Assembly (NCBI GenBank): GCA_013239625.1
Contig: MU054187.1
Span: 22,940,795-23,004,794, forward strand
DNA length: 64,000 nucleotides
Source: Lama guanicoe
Lineage: Eukaryota
Direction: 5' to 3'
The translations under genes were made by a program, and so were the position numbers. Every line of letters begins with the position of its first letter. Within the stretch, counting starts at the first letter, position 1. Below, one piece after another: positions 27,201 through 40,656 of this stretch. Under the pieces are notes generated by a model. It saw only the letters and a program-made list of their open reading frames with translations. It was not told where the DNA came from and made no database searches.

Positions 27201-29847
27201 AAACACAACAGACTGATGCTGCAAGATTAATGTACAGAAACAGTGTCTATTTTTCTCAGAGTGCAATACAAAAATACAAAGTACTTAGTCCGCAGTTAAC
27301 TATAAAAGCATCACTTAGCATTTTGAATCCAAGCCTTCAGGGTGGCTCTCCCCTTGGCCAGCTCTGGGAAACTGTAACTGACTAATGTTGCCAGTCCCAG
27401 ACTGTTGTGCAGGTGAAGTGTCTCACCACTGCCAACGTCCCACATCTCCTGATAGCGTATTTCCTTTTCAACAAATCCATCCCTTCTTGCCCTCTTGGAA
27501 CCAAGAGTCTGAGTACTAACATTCTTCCTTCCCATGTCTAAAAGTCAGTCATTTTGAAAAAAAAAAAAAAGAAACCCAAAACAGCACAAATGATTTTTAT
27601 TTGGTTGGATATAGCAAATTTCTCTCCACTAGCACCATACATACTTAAAGTGTTCTTTTGAGATTCTTGACAGCTTGGTAAAACACATAGTAATAAATTC
27701 TTTGAAGCTCGCTGTATGTTTGGCTTAGAAGTTCCTCCAGCAGGTTGCCTTCCATAGCATGCTGTTTTCCCCCAGAGTTGTTTGATTCCCCCCGTTTGTT
27801 CAAGCAAGAAACAATCTTAATGTTTTATTCAAGTGTACATTGGCATTTCAATTTTCCCTGCATTCTTTGTAATATTGCTTTCTTACTATAATTTCTTACT
27901 ATACCATTTGAAATTAAACCACCAATTTTTTTGAGATGCATGTGAGTACAGATATACTATGAAAACTAAGCACCATTTTTGGGGTGGGGGAGGGTTTGTT
28001 TATTTACGGGACTAGGTTTGACCATGAAAATATTTCCTTGGTGATTGGTGTATTCCTCATAGATTCGTTACTGCCACAGGTTTGAGGATACCAGTGAAAG
28101 TATCACAGGCCTGAAGCGTGTGCTTCACTCTAACTCACTGATGGCAAAAATCCAAGTACATTTAGGTGTAGTTCAAGAACCATGCTTAGTCCCTAATAAA
28201 TTCTTTATTAGGTGCAGGAGGGAGGATGGCCCTTCCCCTTTAATAACATTGTTTTTCAATTATAGATTTTATTCTTCTACTTTTTATCTCTGCTTTTAAG
28301 AATCTCATTAATATATGCTCTAGTCAAAGGCAGAAATATAAACTTTCAGCTTGGTCCAGCCAGTTGAGGTAGATCATCATGAAATTTACCACTTTTTACC
28401 AATTTACCACTAGATGAAATAAATATACAGGTAACTGATTATTCTATTGAAAATCTTTAAATGCTTTAAAAGTTCCTTAACTGTTCTGATAAATGACTAT
28501 ATTTTGGCATTTTCCTTATGGTCAGTTCAGTTCCACAGACAATTTTGGGTACTTTCTATGTATTTGGTAATGAGATAAATAAAAAGTGGTCTTGATCCTG
28601 GAGGAGACGATGGTGTGGTGGGGAAGGTGGGAAATGCAGCTGATCGCGTGAGTTTAAGGCTATAGTCAGGATGACTACTTTAGTAAGTAGTAAGCACAGC
28701 TCAATGTGGGAGCAAAATGTTGGAGCACCAGACCCTGCCTTGAGAATAAGGAATGAACTTCCTTGGTTAAAGTGGAACTACTCTGATTCATTGTATGATA
28801 TCACTTGAAAAGAATGATCAAAATCATAGTGGCATATAGTGGTCTCAACCCTGACTGTCTCTCTTCAGTTAAAAATAATGTTTGTATTTACTTTAATGTC
28901 TTTGTCAGCTGTGATCACCATAATTCACTTCTCTTTTGTAAGGTTATCATTTGTATGGAGACTGTGTGTGTATGTGTAATAATACTGAAAATTAAGTTTG
29001 GACATTGGTTTTTTTTTCCCAAATAACTTTTTAAGAAAATGCTCTAACCCATCTTTGGAAATCTGTTTGATTAAGTCAAACTGAATGAAATAAATACATA
29101 ACTAATTGATGATACTAACCAAAATCAGCAAGAAAATATTTAATAAAGGTTTTAGTAAACCTTCATTGTAATAGATTCTAGTTGGTGACAGTTCCTTAAA
29201 AATGTAACTAAAACTTCATAAGTGTTATGTTTAAATATGTTTATAAACATTTAAATAAATACACAATCATTTTCAGATAAACTCTGTAATAATTTTCCTA
29301 AAGAATTTGCTTTATATCCGTATAGAGTAATCTCTCATCTAGAGAATGGGTTTGTCAGTTTCTTCTATTATTAACAGAGTGATAGACCCAAAGGCCTTTA
29401 TAGCAGGCCCAATAAATTTTACTAAGGCAAGCTATTCTCAAGCTTTATCTTTTACTCCTAAATAAGTACATAGATGTTTACATAACATAGTTTATTTATA
29501 GTTAACATATAAATAAAATAAGTCTGGAAATTAGATTTCCAAGACCATAGAAAACTAGATGTAAAACATTGACAGGGAATAGAGGGAGCTACTATGGTAG
29601 AAAACATTTCAATTAAAAAAACTGATACTATAATTTTTAAAATTTAACTTATATGAATATCATATCTTTGTAATACTCTTATATCCTGTAGCATATCATA
29701 TAAAATAATACTGTTATTATATGTTAAATATTAAAAATCACCTTCACATATATTGTAGCATATAATTATGCTACATATTTTTAAAATTAAAAATAGATAA
29801 TAATAAAGACTATGGGGATTTAATAATATGAGTGAAGCTCTATATTT

Positions 29848-29955
29848 GAGGTGGCAAAGCCAAGACCTTGGGCCAAATCTGGACTACAGTAGATGTTTTT
29901 TGTGAGTAAAGTTCTATTAGGACACAATCACATCCATTTGTTTATATATATATGG
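29848..29955. mobile_element. MER58A-like fragment
   Basis: ggcaaa...gggccaaatctgg...gtaaagttctattagg...catccatttgtttatatat. Confidence 0.55.
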
Positions 29956-30409
29956 CACAGAAATCACATTTTTTAATGTATATATCTTAGAGAAATAGCT
30001 GTATATGAAATGAGGATGTGTGTACAATAATGCTTATATCATCATTGTGTCATAGCCAAACACTGGTAATGATACAAATGTTTGTCTGCAAAACAGTGAA
30101 TAAATAATTTGAGAACAGTCATACAGCAGTGAGAAAGAAATGGGCTACAGGAACATGATTACATTTCAAAAGGTTTATATTTGGCAAAAATACAAAAAAC
30201 TGTTTATTCTAACAATATTTTAAATAATGTAAAAAAATAGATAAAACCATAGTTAATTTTTTAGGGCTATATACAATTGCACTAAGAAAAAGTTTAAAAT
30301 TTAATATCCTAAAAGTTAGTATAATGGCTACCTCTTTATCTAAATAGGAAAATTTGGTTTTCATAGCCAGATAGTAGGCACACAGAGGTTCATTTGGTCA
30401 TTAATTTAA

Positions 30410-32151
30410 TTAATTTGATTTTTATTGAAGTAGAGTTTGTTTACAATATTATATTAGTTTGAAGTGTACAACATAGTGATTCAGTATTTTTATAGATCAT
30501 ACTTCATTTAAGTTATTATAAAACAATGGCTATATTTTCCTGTACTGTACAATATATCCTTGTTACTTAATGATTTTATTCATAGCAGTTTGTATCTCTT
30601 AACTCTGTACCCCTATCTTGTCCCTTCCCATTTCCCTCTCCCCACTAGTAACCATTAGTTTGTTCTCGGTATATCTGAGTCTGTTTCTATTTTGTTATAT
30701 ACATTAATTTATTTTTTAGATTCCACATGTAAATGATAACCTAGAGTATTTGTCTTTGTCAGACTTATTTAACTAAATGTAATAATCTTTAGGTCTGTCC
30801 ACATTGTTGCAAATTGCAGAACATCATTATTTTATATGGCTAAGTAATATTCCACTGTATATATGTACCATATATTCCTTATTCATTTATATGTTGATGG
30901 TACATAGGTTGCTTCCATATCTTGGCGCTTGTAAACAACATTGCTGTGATCATTGGGGTTTATGTATCTTTTCAAACTTGTGTTTCAATTTTCTTCAGAT
31001 ATACACCTGGGGTGGAAATGCTGGATCATACGGTAGTTCTATTTTTAGTTTTTTGAGGAACTTTCATACTGTTTTCCACAGTGGTGCACCAATTTACATC
31101 CCCACCGACAGTGCACAAGGGTTCCTTTTTCTCTACATCCTTGTTAACATTTGTTATTTGTAGACTTTTTGATGATAGACATTCTAACAGATATGAGGTG
31201 CTAGCTCATAATGATTGTGATTTGCACTTTTCTGTTGATAAGCAATGTTGAGCATCTTTTCATGTGGCTGTTGTCCATCTGTATGTCTTCCTTGGAAAAA
31301 CGTCTATTCCGATCTTCTGCCCATTTTTAAATAAGGTTATTTGGGGGCTTTCTGATATTGGGTTGAATGAGCTGTTTATTTATTTTGGATATGAACTCCT
31401 AATTGGTTATGGCATTCGCAAATATTTTCTCCCATTCAGTAGGCTGTTTTTGGTTTGTTGATGGTTTCCTTTACTGTGCAAAAGCTTATAAGTCTAATTA
31501 GGTCCCATTTGTTTAATTTTCCTTTTGTTTTCATTACTGTGGGAGACAGGTGCAAAAAATATTGCTGCAATTTATGTCAAAGAGTGTAATGTTCTGCCTA
31601 TGTTTTTCTCTAGGAGTTTTACATTTAGCATCAGATTTTACATTTAGGTCTTCAATCTATTTTGAGTTTATTTTTGTATTTGGTATGAGGAAGTGTTCTG
31701 ATCTTATTTTTTACATGTATGTGTCCGGCTTTACCAACAACTACTTGTTAAAAAGATTATCTTTTTTTCAATGTATACCCTTGCCTCCTTTGTTATAGAT
31801 TAATTGACTATAGATAGATGCATGAGTCTATTTCTGAGTACTCTTTTTTGTTCATTGAACTATGTGTCTGTTTTGGTGCTAGTACCATGCTGTTTTGGTT
31901 ACTGTAGCTTTGTAGTATAGCCTGAAGTCTTGGGAGGGTGATACTTCCTGCTTTGTTCTTTTTCCTCCAAATTGCTTTGGCAATTTGAGTCTTCTGTGAG
32001 TCCATATACATTTTAGGATTATTCTAGTTCTGTGAAAAATATCATGAGTATTTTGATAGGGATTGCATTAAATCTGTAGATTGCTTTAGGTAATGTGGTC
32101 TTTTTAATATTAATAAATAAGTTCAGTAAAGTTGCAGGAGACAAGACTAAT
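30410..32151 (-). mobile_element. 5'-truncated L1 with a short inverted 5' tag
   Basis: Minus-strand 3' UTR/ORF2 to ~32113; 32111-32151 reads on the plus strand as INKFSKVAGDKTN (ORF2 'INEFSKVAGYKIN'-like). Confidence 0.85.
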
Positions 32152-32306
32152 TTTTTCTTAATTTTTTGATATTTCTAGGCTACACAGTTTGTGAGTTTTT
32201 CAAGTTGTTGCAAATCTCTAAAATTTTTTCCAATATATTTATTTTTAAAATTCTGTACATATGTGGACCCATGCAGTTCAAACCCATGTTGTTCAAGGGT
32301 CAACTG
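32152..32306 (-). mobile_element. Tigger2-family (TcMar-Tigger) terminal fragment
   Basis: Minus strand begins CAGTTGACCCTTGAACAACATGGGTTTGAACTGCATGGGTCCAC, flanked by TA (32307-32308). Confidence 0.85.
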
Positions 32307-34299
32307 TACATTGAAAAGCTAAAAAAAATAGGCTATATGGTTATAAAATTAGATAATACATTTTTAAAAAAAATTATTGTTCTACAATGGTGAATATGGA
32401 AAAGCCCCAAATGCAATTTAAAATACTTATTTTTACTATGAGCAAAAATGTAAATACTAAATCATTTTCACATTCAGATTAGGATGACTCAGTTATTTTA
32501 CTTCACACCTAAGCTTATTCAACCGAATCTTCTTTGTAAGATCACATTAAATTCAGAATAAATGGATATATGAACCATTGTATTCAGTGTTATGTGGAGG
32601 AAATGCTCTATTTTGAATATAAAATCAGGAAACACTGTTTCTGGTCTATCAAAAAAGGAGAAAGTCTGCTCTATAAAGCTACCAAAATAACTGATCTTTT
32701 ATATAAAATTCAAATCACATCAAAGCAATTAATTTAAAAATTAATAAACCATACAACACATGAATGATGCTAAGTCATTAAGGCAGTCTGGATTTTATAA
32801 CCACAATAGCTTCTGGTCATGTGATGAGCATTTATGTATGAATACACATAAAGTATGCATTTCAACATATGCTCTATTAATTTTTTACTGAACGTTATAT
32901 GCTAATTTTTTTAAAGTTTATGACTATTTAAATTAGAAGTTAGCATTTTCTTTAGGTGACATTGAATTTCATTGTATAATTCAGAAATATTTTTAGTTCT
33001 TAGTGCTTCTCTTAAATTCTTGTGACTATAACACTCATATTTTTTGCAGTATAACATCTCCGTGCAGAAGAGCAATTTTACTAAATAGGATGTTAAAATG
33101 ATTATTTCTCGTGATTAAATGGTGCAGTCCTACATATCAGATAGGTTAACTTCTCCCTTATAAAATCTCAAAAAATAGAGGTATAAAGATTATTTTCCTC
33201 ATCTATAACTAGTCAGCATTACAAATTAAGCATCAAAATGTTTAGAAAATTATGAAATGTATTTTGTCTAAATGTTATTTTTAAATTAGTTGGTCAAATT
33301 TTTGAAAAATAATTCTGATTTCATTGAACATTCAATACTTCCAAATTAGATTTATGAAACTGCAGAATCATGCTGGGAAAATCCTTTGGAATTCAGTTTA
33401 GTCAGTTAGGACTTTCTAACTACATAGAAAAAAAGTTATATCTCCTAAGCAGTAAGTTAAAACTCCAAATCCAACAAGACAGAAAAAAGGAGATTGTTTT
33501 TCCTGTTGGTGCTGATGGTAATGTATGAAGTTGGTCTCTCTGAAACATAAAAAATTAATGCTGAAGGAAATACCTGGAATCCACTGGAGATTCTGTTTAT
33601 GGTTATCAGTTGAGCTGTGTTTATGTGCTAATAAGATGCAGTCTGGGCTGTTCAGAAGAATTTACATTGTGAATGATGTGACATTTATATCAGGAACACA
33701 TTTCCCAAGAGTTCTTCAGGTACTTTTTTTCTTCACTTTTCCACCCCTTTTCTAAACTCCTAGCTATATCTGTTATATGAACTAAAAAGTATATAGTTCC
33801 TTAAAAGCCTTTGAAAATAAATTTAATTCACAGACAAATAAACAACACATACACGTATATGACATATAGAACCTGCAAAATAGCAATCAGTACTAAGTAC
33901 TCACAGACTCTCATTACATCTGAATGTGTACAAATAGCTGGAGAGTTCTGAAGGCATTTGAGAGCAACCAAAGGAACCAGGATTTAAAGGGCCATGATTC
34001 AAGAAAGAAGAGAAATGCATTGCTTTGAACCAGACATTTCCTCTTTCTTTTCTTTTGGGGCATCTGCCAATTTGTAAGCATCATAGGAATGAGCAACTAA
34101 GGAGAGAGCAATGAATCAGAACTTTCAGGAGTCTTAGAGCACCAGAGTGACAAAATTTGAATTTAGTTTACCTAGGCAGTCAAGACTTGAGAGGCCAAGA
34201 TACCGGACAAAGAAAATCAGAGGAAAGGGAGCTTGGTACCCTGTCATCCTTTAGGCATTTGCCTATTCCTGTTTCACAAAATAAGAAGCCAAACACTGT

Positions 34300-34996
34300 A
34301 AATCTCTGTATATCAGAGCCAATAGGAGGTAGATAGATGATAGATGATAGATAGATAGATAGATAGATGATAGAGAGATAGACAGATGATAGGTAGATGA
34401 TAGATAGATAGATGATAGATATAAGAAATTGGCTCAAGCAGTTATGGAGGCTGGCAAGTTCAAAATCTATGACCAATATCCACTTTGAGTCTGAAGGCTG
34501 GCTACTGCTGTAGAAACAGGAATTGCTGATGTTTATTTAGAATAATCAATTTAAGGGTCAATGGGCAGGAAAATTCTCCCTGATTTGGGAGTGGGTCAGC
34601 CTTTTGTAGTTTATCTGAAATAATATTTTCTTCTACCTGAAGTCCTTCACCTTGGGACTCCTTTTAGTGCAGGTCTCCTGGCAATGAGAGCTCTCTCCAC
34701 TATTTGCCTGAACCCAGTGCTACTTCAGGAAATACAAATATTCTTTCTGGCCAATTCTTCTTCCTCTTTCTTAAACTTTTTATTGCAAACTTGTCAGCCT
34801 TTTATTCTATTCAGGCCTTCAACTGAGAAGTTGAGGCCACTGCATTATGGACAGCAATCTGCTTTACTCAGTCTACTAGTTTAAATGTTCATCTCCTCCA
34901 AAACCGCCCTTCTAGAAATAGCCAGAATAATGTTTCGCTCAAATATCTGGGAACTCCACGGTCCAGTCAAATTGACACGTAAAATTAATGATCACA
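34300..34996 (-). mobile_element. MLT2 (ERVL) solo LTR with internal (GATA)n, split by a 187-bp insertion
   Basis: Minus-strand start TGTGATCATTAATTTTACGTGTCAATTTGACTGG; caatctgctttactc and gaaattggctca...ttatggaggctggcaagt motifs; (GATA)n at 34330-34421. Confidence 0.85.
34606..34792 (-). other. Locally templated inverted insertion (copies of 36064-36176 and 35663-35749)
   Basis: Reverse-complement matches read by eye to two downstream segments; 11-bp direct repeat GTCAGCCTTTT at 34595-34605 and 34793-34803. Confidence 0.88.
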
Positions 34997-37900
34997 GAAC
35001 CCAAGTAAAAATATGCAGCTACAAATTTAGCAAGAAGAATTGTCATCAGTTTCACAGCATAACAGATTGAGTTGTGTGTCTGCCAAGAATAAGAGGTTCT
35101 GATAAACATGTTAGTCTATCAATAGAAACCCAGGACAAAAATCAGCCTCAAAACATCTCAATTCTTCATTGTATTATATTAATCTGCTATATACTAATTG
35201 ACTGTCAGTACAAAAACAAAACATCTCAGAGAATGATATCATCTAGATTCATAACAGTTTTTTGTACTCATTGAATAAAAAATTACCAAGAAGGGCAGTA
35301 TGTAAGACAAAATAACAAAAACTCAGGAGAAAAAAAGCAATACAGTTAATGCATGGGTAATATAGCTATGGGAGTTATAGTTTTAAAATAACTGTGATTG
35401 TATTTTGAAGAAAACAGATGAAAGGAGAATTTTACTATAAAACTGAAATTGTTAAAAAAATAAAATTGAGACTTCATAATTTAACAATATAATAACAAAT
35501 TAATAACTCAATAAATGTCTTTATCAGCAGATTAGATACAACAGAAGAGAGTTACTGAATTGGAAAACAGATTCATAGAAAATATTACAAGTAACTTTGA
35601 AGAGAAAAAAGATAAATGATACAGAAAAGAGTATAAGATAGATAATGAGGTGATAAAAAATTCTGACAAGTTTATAATAAAAATTTTAAGAAAGAAAAGA
35701 GTAAGAATCTGCCGGAAACAATATTTGGTGTTTCCTGAAGTAGTATTGGTTTAAATTTTTTTTCCTGAGAGTGGAAAGACATCAAACAACATGTTCTAGT
35801 TTCTGTATGAATTACAAGCTAGGTAATCACACCTGGACACGTTAAAAACTAATGAAAACCAAAGTCAGAGAAAATCTTAAAGTTGAAGTAGATAGAAAAG
35901 ATGCAATATGCTAAAGGGGGAATTTTAATGCTTTCTCAACAGATGATTGTGTCAGAAAACATGGTATGACATTTCTTAAAGCATTGAGATAAAAATAACT
36001 GGCAGCCTAGACTTCTAAAACCAGTGGAAAAATAATTTTTAAATAAAGGCAAAATAAAGATGTGTTCAGACAAATAGTAGAGAGAGCTCTCATTCCCAAG
36101 AGACCTGCACTAAAAGGAGTCCCAAGGTGAAGGACTTCAGGTAGAAAAAAAATACAATTTCAGATAAACTACAAAAATGTAGAAAGGACAGAAGAACAAA
36201 GAAACTGGGTGAATATGTGGCTAATCTAAATATTCCTTGACTGTACAAAACAGTGTTGCCTGTAGAGTTTTACATGCATATAGAAATCAAATATATCAAC
36301 AGTGGTAAAACCATCAAGAGGATAAGGTGAATGAATTTGAAGATTTGTTGAGTCTATGCCTTTCTGGAAAGCGAAAAAAGTAATACTTTGGAGTACATTC
36401 TACATTCTAGTAAGATAAAAATGTATCTTGTTATTGCTAGAGTAATCACCAAAAGAAAAATTAAAGAACATATACTAAGATAAAAAGCTAATAAAATAAT
36501 AGAACAATATTTGATTAATTAAAGATGAAGCAATGGAAAAAAATGACACAAAAACAGATCATAAAATAGAAAGCTAATATTAAAATGTCAGATTTAAACC
36601 CAAACATGTCAATAATTACATTAAAGGTAAACAGACTAAATATTTCAATTAATAAAAAAAAATTGTCAGACTAGATAAAATAGCACCTTATTACAAAGAA
36701 ACAGAAATTTGCGAAGTAAAACAATGGAAGATAATAAATTAGATTCCAGTAACTAAAAGAAGGCTACTATAATAGTAGGCAAAATAGTCTCTATTACAAG
36801 AGCATCATTAAAGATAAAAAGGAATATCTATGATGATTGTGAAATTTAAATGCACTAAAATTATTACCTCAAAATATATAAAGTGAAAATTGATGGAGAA
36901 AAAAGAAGAAATAAATTTATAACTATAGTGGGGGATTTTAATAGACATCACTGAGTAATTGATAAAGAACTAGACCGAAAGAAAGACATCAGTTAAGATA
37001 TAGAAATTCTGAACAACATAATTAACAAACTTGATCTAATAGACCTATATTCAACATGGCAAACAATAATTGCAGAATGTACATTTTTAAAGTTCATATG
37101 AAACATTAAAAAAATTGACTTTGTGCTAAGGCCTAAGTTGAGTCTCAACAAATTTCAAAAGATCGATTCAAATAATTCAAATTTAAAATGTTCTATAATC
37201 ACTGTGGAATTAAGCAAGACATCAGATAAACTTGACACCAAGTTTCAAGATTTACCTAAAGAGCAATAAAATGCATATTGTACAAACGGACTTTCTAAAC
37301 TTAAGGACACTTGATTAGAACACTGGTCTTAAAATGACACCACGTGATGGTCATACAATCCAGGTTCCTTTGCTCCCGAGAATCTTCTGTGTTACAAGAA
37401 AGGAAACACACTTCTTTATCCTCAGAGTTTAAAGATAGTGATTTAATGTTCTATTAATTTTCTTTAGAGTGTCCTTACTTATGAAAGCATTGCATGCTAT
37501 ATAACAAAACAATAGCAGACATACTTTATTATAAATCAGAGGCGTGACTGGGATGAACCAGGTGACTCTGTGGAACAGATGAAATTTAAACTGGATCTTG
37601 AAGCTGGGTAGAATTCAGACAAGCAGTCACAGTGCTAGATTATTTCAGACAAGCGTTTCATGTGAACAGTTGAAGAGGTAGAAAACCCCTGAGGGTGTCT
37701 GAAAGAATGACTCTGTTTTAGAAAAAATATAAAGAACTTCTACTTGTCTTATTCATTATGATGTCTAGACAATTCTTGCTAAAATGTGTGAGGGACATAA
37801 AAGGATGTCTTGTTTAGCCAACTTTTAAAAAGGAATTTATTGACTAGATCTAAAAATCGACTTTATTTGTAGGTTTAATTTACATAGTTAATTATATAAT

Positions 37901-39549
37901 CTTAAAAGATCAATTCTTTTCCTATAATAAAAAACACCTTCTTTGACTTAGCGTACCGATTTGGAATGCATGTACCCAGGGAATTCCTATAGAGTCACAT
38001 AGTCCAATCTCTCAGCCATTGGAGTGACTAGGTCCCAAGCAGCTTGTCCTCACATTGTTTGTTCCTACTTCTTCTACCTTCTAGATATCAAAATACAGCC
38101 CTAATATGGCCCAAATCCTCCATAAATACATGAAAGATTATAACATGCAGTACCTTCATATCCCTCTCTTACTGTACAACATTGTTTGGATGTGAGAATG
38201 TACTTTCTATATAAGCCATTTAAATCATGGCAGAAAGTAATATTTTTCTATCTGGAGCAATGCTTTTTAACCTTCTTTGGGGACAGAGACAACTTTGCAA
38301 ATGTAATGAAAGCTATAGGCACTCAACAAAAATGGAAGTTTACAAATAATTGCATACTGTGGCATTATATATTAAGATTTTAAGAATCTTTAAGTCCATC
38401 CTTAGACCTCAGTCACAAACCCCTGATCTGTAGAGGTTTTGTATTTTCTCTGTCTGCTGCTTTAGCCCCTTAGGAAAAAAAAAAAAAAAGAAACTATGTT
38501 TCGTAGTGTTAAGAACAAGACCTTCCTTGGTTTAAAAATGGCAGCTATAATTTTAGTTATTGATCTTGTTTAATGTGCCTGGAAGCTAGAAGCAATGGAA
38601 AAATGATACAAGAACAAAAGTTACACCTATAAAAAGTCTTCTGTTTTTTAGAAAACTTTATGTTTTGCAAAATGCAGTTTAAAACATATCCCAACATGAT
38701 GCTTTTATTCAAAAGAAATATTAATGGACTTACCAGTTCATTATTCAGATGCAAATTGGGTTATGCATTATTAGAGAAGTTAATTTTCATATCATGGGAA
38801 TACATTATTTCCCAATAAAGTCATCTATCAATTTATTTTTTTAGTAAAATAACTTGAGAATTTAGAAGTGAAACTTCTTTTTATGAATCTCCACTAACTA
38901 TCCCCACCAAAATAGGACTGTCTACATAAACTTAAGAAACATTTACCAAAAAACTGAGAAAGGTTGAGTTGTAAGTCATTTAAATAGCTTTATAATGTTG
39001 TCTACTTTTTAATTATATTTACTGAAAAATTCAGAAAATGCAGAGGCACAAAATAATAAAGATAATTATCTACAATTCTATCATCTAGAGATAACAATTG
39101 TAAACATTTGATATATATCAGTTAAGGTATTTAATGTATCAATATAAAGATATTAAGAGAGAGAACACAAGTATGGAAAATAATGCAGAATGTTGTTTTG
39201 AACCTGAATTTTAAATTTCTTTAAAAATGTCCAAAATTTAATACATGCTCACTTTTATCATTGAAAATCGACAGGGAAGATTGAAAAAAAAGTTAATACA
39301 TCGTCTATCATTTTTATTCCACCTCTTCTCTGAACAGCCTTGTGTTCACACTTGTACATCTTTCTCTGAACTGACGCCAACAATAAAACAATTGAACACA
39401 TTTAAAAAATTATTTTCACTTCATAAAAATTGATTTTAACATACGTTTTTCACCTGCTACTTTTCTTTTCATCTTAAGAATTCTTACAGGTTAAGATATG
39501 TAGATATTACTAATTTTTTAACAATATGTTAAAACTTAGAGTTGGTTGA

Positions 39550-39550
<1 letters not shown>

Positions 39551-39580
<30 letters not shown>

Positions 39581-39645
39581 GCACAAGCATATGTACACAT
39601 ACATAGACACATACACTACATACATATACATACACACACATATAT
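39551..39645. repeat. (TA)n and degenerate (CA/TA) low-complexity tract
   Basis: Directly visible. Confidence 0.85.
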
Positions 39646-40354
39646 TGATCTAAAGTTGGTGACCATGAAAGAAGATTCCAGTTAGGAGTTACTAAAAAGT
39701 GCTACATTAAACTTCTTTAAATATATCCTTAAGAAAATATTTATTTAAAGTAGATTTCTAGGAAGTGGGTTTCTGGATAAAGTATTTCATGCATTCTTTG
39801 TTTATTTTACCAAATAAGTATTGCCAGATTACTTATTTCCCATTTTTAAAGGTTTTACATTTCCTCGAGTTATGAATTAAAGTATCTCCCAGTCCCACAG
39901 GTTAGAGTACTTTAATATTTGCAATCTGATGGATGAATAAACATGTGTGCCATGTACACCTCTGCGTCTTCTAGGGTGGGTGAGCATTTTTCTTCTGTGT
40001 GTAGTTCATTTAGTTCGTCTCTTCTGGAAATTTTCAAAAATATGTTTGTCATTTTTTAATAATCATTTACTTTTGTTGTTTTTATTTTTTAGGTCAAATT
40101 ATTGGTGTTTATGAGATATTTTAGATACAGAGAAAATTTTATCACTTTATTTTTATATCATTGTGTTTATTTCCTTTTTTCCATTTATCAAGTTCTCATT
40201 TCTATAATATTACATTTATAATTTGAACTAAGAAAAGCTACATAAATCTTTTTTCTTTCCTAGTTCTAGAGCATAAACATTTCCAAATATTTTAATTCTA
40301 TCTTCCTGCTGCTCTCTTTGTAGTTACTGTTGTAAAATTACTTTAAATTTGGTG

Positions 40355-40527
40355 AGGAGGCTGCCTCTCTTGCTCCCTCATCTTTGGAGATGGCCAGCAC
40401 TCTGTCTACTTTTACTTTAATCTGAGTACCCAGTGCCCACACTTTGTGGCCTTTCTCTTGCCCTTTGAAACAGCCTACACTCTATGCACTATGTATCTGT
40501 AAATAAATCTACCTTTACTCAAAAAAA
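40355..40527 (+). mobile_element. Polyadenylated retrocopy, probably an ERV LTR U3-R fragment
   Basis: AATAAA at 40502-40507, A-tail from 40521, TSD-like AAATTTGGTG (40345-40354) / AAAATTGGTG (40528-40537). LTR identity is from recalled resemblance only. Confidence 0.65.
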
Positions 40528-40533
40528 AAAATT

Positions 40534-40656
40534 GGTGGAGAGGATATAGCTCAGTGGTAGAGCGCATGCTTAGCATGCAAGAGGTCCTGGGTTCAATCCC
40601 CTGTACCTCCATTAAAAATAAATTAAAAAATAAGCCTAATTACCTGCCCTGCAAAA
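40534..40656 (+). mobile_element. tRNA-Ala(AGC)-derived SINE, camelid Vic-1-like
   Basis: A box TAGCTCAGTGG, anticodon arm GCATGCTT-AGC-ATGC (AGC at 40572-40574), B box GGTTCAATCCC, then A-rich linker and CCTAATTACCT tail. Confidence 0.85.

Larger units (their letters stand above)
33880..37230 (+). mobile_element. Old L1M (5' region, ORF1, start of ORF2) interrupted by an MLT2 LTR
   Basis: Decayed ORF1/ORF2 motifs (agcagattagatacaacagaagag; atagtgggggattttaat = IVGDFN; agtctcaacaaattt). Left boundary uncertain. Confidence 0.7.

Noticed and set aside
40537..40611. Functional tRNA-Ala(AGC) gene
   Set aside because: It is followed by an A-rich linker and SINE tail rather than an immediate oligo-T terminator, and it differs from the tRNA consensus; better explained as a SINE.
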